The notes under the pieces: generated by a model
Told to the model about the DNA's origin: nothing
Databases searched by the model: none
The model's input: only the letters and a program-made list of their open reading frames with translations
Position numbers and translations under genes: made by a program
Assembly: GCA_035221665.1 (NCBI GenBank)
Contig: CM069154.1
Coordinates: forward strand, 5,828,001 to 5,892,000
From: Okamejei kenojei
Taxonomy: Eukaryota
DNA: 64,000 nucleotides
Direction of reading: 5' to 3'
Part shown: piece by piece, positions 59,518 to 64,000 of the stretch
Numbering within the stretch: position 1 is the first letter of the stretch
How the letters are laid out: each line of letters opens with the position of its first letter

Positions 59518-61219
59518 ACCAAGGAGAAGGATATTGAACTCTGTGAGTTAAGGGGAAAAAGTAGAGTAGCTATGGAAACTATGAGATTCAAAGAGGAGGA
59601 AGTACTGACACTTTTGAACAATATAAAAGTGGATAAGTCTCCAGGTCCTGACAGGATATTCCCTAGGACATTGAGGGAAGTTAGTGTAGAAATAGCAGGA
59701 GCTATGTCAGAAATATTTCAAATGTCATTAGAAACGGGAATAGTGCCGGAGGATTGGCGTACTGCGCATGTTGTTCCATTGTTTAAAAAGGGTTCAAAGA
59801 ATAAACCTAGCAAATATAGACCTATTAGTTTGACGTCAGTGGTGGGCAAATTAATGGAAAGGATACTTAGAGATAATATATATAAGCATCTGGATAAACA
59901 GGGTCTGATCAAGAACAGTCAACATGGATTTGTGCCTGGAAGGTCATGTTTGACAAACCTTCTTGAATTTTTTGAAGCGGTAACTAGGGAAATTGATGAG
60001 GGTAAAGCAGTGGATGTTGTCTATATGGATTTCAGTAAGGCCTTTGACAAGGTTTCCCCATGGAAGGTTGGTTAAGAAGGTTCAATCTTTGGGTGTTAAT
60101 GGCGGAGTAGCAAGATGGATTCAACAGTGGCTGAATGGGAGATGTCAGAGAGTAATGGTGGATGGCTGTTTGTCAGGTTGGAAGCCGGTGACCAGTGGGG
60201 TGCCTCAGGGATCTGTGTTGGGTCCACTGTTGTTTGTCATGTACATCAATGATCTGGATGATGGGTGGAAAATTGGATAAGTAAGTATGCAGATGATACT
60301 AAAATAGGTGGTGTTGTGGATAATGAAGTAGATTTTCAAAGTCTACAGAGAGATTTGGGCCATTTGGAAAAGTGGGCTGAAAGATGGCAGATGGAGTTTA
60401 ATGCTGTTTAAGTGTGAAGTGCTACATCTTGGCAGGACAAATCAAAATAGGACGTACATGGTAAGTGGTAGGGAATTGAGGAATGCTGTGGAACAGAGGG
60501 ATCTAGGAATAACTGTGCATAGTTCCCTGAAGGTGGAATCGCATGTAGATAGGGTGGTAAAGAAAGCCTTTGGTGTGCTGGCCTTTATAAATCAGAACAT
60601 TGAATATAGGAGTAGGGAAGTAATGTTAAAATTGTACAAGGCATTGGTAAGACCAATTCTGGAGAATGGTGTACAATTTTGGTCGCCTAGTTATAGGAAG
60701 GATGTCAACAAAATAGAGAGAGTACAGAGGAGATTTACTAGAATGTTGCCAGGGTTCCAGCAACTATGTTACAGAGAAAGGTTGAACAAGTTAGGTCTAT
60801 ATTATTTGGAGCGCAGAAGGTTAAGGGGGGACTTGATTGAGGTCTTTAAAATGATGAAAGGGATAGACGGAGTTAACGTGGATACGTTTTTCCCATTGAG
60901 GGTAGGGAAGATTCAAACAAGAGGGCATGACATGAGAAATAAGGGACAGAAGTTTCGGGGTAACGTGAAGGGGATCTTCTTTACTCAGAGGGTGGTGGCT
61001 GTGTGGAATGAGCTTCCAGCAGAAGTGGTGGAGGCAGGATCGATTTTAACATTTAAGAGTAAAGTGGATAGGTATATGGACGTGAAGGGAATGGAGGGGT
61101 ATGGTCTGAGTGCAGGTAGATGGTTCTAGGGGAAAACAAATGGTCGGCACGGACTGGAAGGGCCGAGAGGGCCTGTTTCCGTGCTGTAATTGTTATATGT
61201 TATATGTTATATGTTATAT
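59518..61219 (+). mobile_element. CR1 LINE (RT + 3' UTR) inserted in the Gypsy pol
   Basis: [33 protein letters not shown] and YADD, with a (ttatatg)n tail. Confidence 0.93.
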
Positions 61220-61232
61220 CTTTGGGTGGGGG

Positions 61233-61819
61233 CGTTAGGTACTTCCCCCCCCCCCCCCACCCCCGCTGGTGAATGCTATGTACTTAACTCTTCTGTTTCT
61301 CTCCTGAGTGCAGGCCCCATGGCTGGGAGTCAGGAATCAAGGGGTTAAGGGCTCCTGTACCCGATTGGCCAAGCTGCGTCAGGTGACGGGTGACTAATAT
61401 GAAGCTTAAATACCAGAATCTCTCAGAATTCTCTCTCTCTTCGTCGACCCTGGTTCGTGAGCAGGTTGCTGGTGTGTGCTGCAGGTGGCCTGGCCACATG
61501 GCATAGACCTTTGTGTATTATTACCTACATTTGTTAATTAATATTGAATTGGGACAGATAAGGGCTGACTTGAGGGTTTTTGTGTATTTTGTTTCAGGGT
61601 TATTTCCATTTAGGCAGGTTAGAGACTCTAGTTCAACGGCCCATTGCGAGGCTAGCTGGAGCACTGTTATCTTTGTTTATTAGTTTATTCTTGTCCTTGT
61701 CTAGGTTGTTTGGATCAGGTTTGGGTTTTAACAAAATAAAAGACTATATTCTTGAACTTGAGCCTGGTTTTTGACTATGTTACGCAGCTCTGAAGTACCT
61801 GCATTCGGGAGTCGTAACA
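61233..61819 (+). repeat. 3' LTR, preceded by PPT gggtggggg (61224-61232)
   Basis: Copy of 55458-56032; begins CG instead of TG and has an expanded C-run. Confidence 0.95.
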
Positions 61820-61826
61820 TGAGCCT

Positions 61827-62062
61827 ACACTGTAATAGCGCGGGCCTATGCGACAAGCCGCGCCAGCAACGCCTCGGATAGGCCTGCTTTATGTGTAATA
61901 GCACGGGCCTATGGGACAGGCTTCACCAGCAGCGCCTGGCAGGGCTGCTTCATGTATGAAAGCGCCGGCCTATGGGAGAGCCGTGCCAACAGCGCCTGGG
62001 ACAGGGCTGTTTCATTTGTGACATTGCCGGCCTACGGGAGAGCTGTGCCAGCAGCGCCTGGT
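61827..62062. repeat. ~60-bp tandem repeat x4 within the second DIRS
   Basis: Units gcgcgggcctatgggagagccgtgccagcagcgcctgg..gggctgcttcatgt. Confidence 0.75.
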
Positions 62063-64000
62063 ACCCTGGTACTCTAGTTGGAGATAGTGGAGAGTTACCA
62101 ATTCTTCAGTTGTTGGTATCAACTAAATATATACACTAGATGCACCCCATAGGTAAGGGGCTAGTGAGCGAATATACATATTCTACATGCTCAACTTCAC
62201 GGTGGTGGCATATGTTAGCCACATGGCAATCAAGTAAAAGTATCCTGTAATAATTTACCTAATCTCCTTTTCCACTGGTGTATCATCCAGTTCAGATCGA
62301 TGACAACACAGAATAGGTATTGGATCTCAAAGTATTATGAAAGTATGGTTCAATGCTACATCGAATATCGACATGCTGGTTCATGTTCATTCACTGATTG
62401 CAAAAATATGTGGCAGAACAGTGCGGAGAAATACATTCTCGCTACATAAGGAGGAATGTTCTTTTATGTCTTCCTCCATTTTGCCTCATTAGTCGGGTCT
62501 TAAAACCGTCAGCAAGACCTCGCTTTAGGCTTCATACTGTCGGACTGGCTAAACAGCCATGTTGCCTGCTTTCATCAGGCATAATAATACAACGGTATAC
62601 GGTTATTCTAAGAAACGAAAACTTGCTGGTTCAAACTGTGTTTCAGGAAACCGACCTCTGCATAATAAAACAATTATTGACTTACACATTCTGAACGGAT
62701 TGACTTGCGGCTCAGGTTGTCACATCAAGCCATGGATGTGCTCACAATAGAGTGCAGGGATAGCACCCAAAAAAGCAGTACATTTCTATGGAGGGGATCG
62801 GAAGCGGTTTTGTTTAAATGTTAATGCTACATTTAATACGATACAGATTACTGACGTCTTCGAGTTCATTCTTAAATAATATTTAACAAAAATTCAGTTA
62901 TAGAGCCACTACAGCTGCAACAAACGGGAACCACTCTGTCGGGTTCAACTCTGGATATTGAGTTGTAAAAGAGATCTTGACACAAGTTCTCCCACTACAA
63001 GAATATGAGGTTTAGATATTGAAAATGTGTTAACATTACTTCACCAGGGGGTTCCAGCTACATCCTTAGTCATGACACTAATACCAGCACAATGAGGGCA
63101 AACATTGCAAACGCTGTGGCTAGATAGGATGGAATTGGCTGCAGGTGCCATTACATTTTACATTCTGATCTACACAAGCAGAGCAGACCAGGTGTGGCAG
63201 GATTTAAGATCATTTTTGGATACCCCACAGTCTCACGTCTATGTGGGAGGGCAGGCTTGCTATATTATATCAAGGCCACCAGATTCCTAAGAAGTGTGGA
63301 ATCAGCATTGTTTATTAATCGACAAACAACCACACGAGGGAAGGTCGGTTCAGACTATTTCAAGGTGGCTGCAGCAGGTTCTGGTTTATGCAGGTATTAA
63401 CACTGACGATTGAATATATCATTCCACCAGGGCAACATCAACGTCAGCAGCCAGGGCAATGGACCTTCCCATCGACCATATCCTTGCAACCGCAGGATGG
63501 TCAACTGAATTGATTTTTTTTAAAAATATTTACCATTGGCCGGTTACGGACCCGGGGTTTTTGCCCATTCTGTTTTGCGTCCACTTTAGCCTCCCCTGAG
63601 ATACAGGGGTTGCTATTGATTTCTTTATTAATGTAAACCATTAATACATTTGAATCAATATCATGCTTAATGCATTTTTTGATTATTCACTCATCCTGAG
63701 TCAATCATTGCAGTGAGACGCCGAGATTTGGATCTGTGGCACAAAATCACAAAGATTCTAACCCTTCACGGAATCATTCACGTGACTCCGAAGTAAAATA
63801 GTAAGAGTTTGAAGTTTGATTTTATGAGGAGTTACGTTGGTGATTACTTGTCCTCCACGCCCAACCCTCTCTCATAAAGGTCATCTGGTAGTTCTCGAGT
63901 CACGCATCTTACTATGTCACTTGGGTAATTGTTATTTGTGATTTCATACCGCTGCTTTGAAGATTGACGCGCATGCGCACTGGCGGGGTTCTTCACGTAA

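Larger units (their letters stand above)
55458..61819 (+). mobile_element. Gmr1-like Gypsy LTR retrotransposon (gag-PR-IN-RT), defective
   Basis: Two LTRs, tgagc TSD (55453-55457/61820-61824), tRNA-Pro PBS, PPT, and integrase placed upstream of RT. Confidence 0.93.
54784..64000 (+). mobile_element. Second DIRS element, heavily decayed, split by the Gypsy insertion and running off the window end
   Basis: The 5' end attttacttcggagtcacgtg is complemented by an ICR at ~63779-63800. Remnants include PPFCLISRV (~62470) and HSTRATSTSAARAMDLPIDHILATAGW (~63420). An ITR-like gcgcatgcgcactggcggggttcttcacgtaa lies at the window end. Confidence 0.82.

Overview
Eukaryotic, repeat-dense vertebrate DNA, most likely from a cartilaginous fish (skate/ray/shark). 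This is inferred from abundant HE1-type tRNA-derived SINEs that share 3' tails with CR1/HER1-type LINEs. The host content is a minus-strand tandem cluster of CD300/pIgR/TREM-like (MDIR-type) immunoglobulin receptor genes, reconstructed by hand from splice signals. (1) An apparently intact 164-aa single-V-domain receptor with an Arg-containing transmembrane segment and almost no tail (activating type; exons 12675-12636, 8608-8276, 7412-7388, 6493-6397). (2) A paralogous pseudogene (leader 48222-48186, V exon 43504-43191, stalk near 40628, TM 39083-38993). (3) The last exon of an inhibitory-type receptor carrying four ITIM/ITSM-type tyrosine motifs (54166-53888); its upstream exons lie beyond the window. 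The rest is nested mobile DNA: a full-length but disabled DIRS tyrosine-recombinase retroelement (14818-20183) with ITR/ICR and a putative alternative-splicing layout; a second decayed DIRS split by a Gmr1-type (PR-IN-RT order) Gypsy LTR element, which was itself hit by CR1; an L2-type LINE with a 36-bp higher-order VNTR; and L1, Rex1 and RTE-X-like fragments. There are also more than 20 short Penelope-derived ends carrying a minimal hammerhead-ribozyme motif. No CRISPR, rRNA or true tRNA genes were seen. All coordinates were read by eye, repeat boundaries are approximate, and family names come from recalled motifs rather than database searches.
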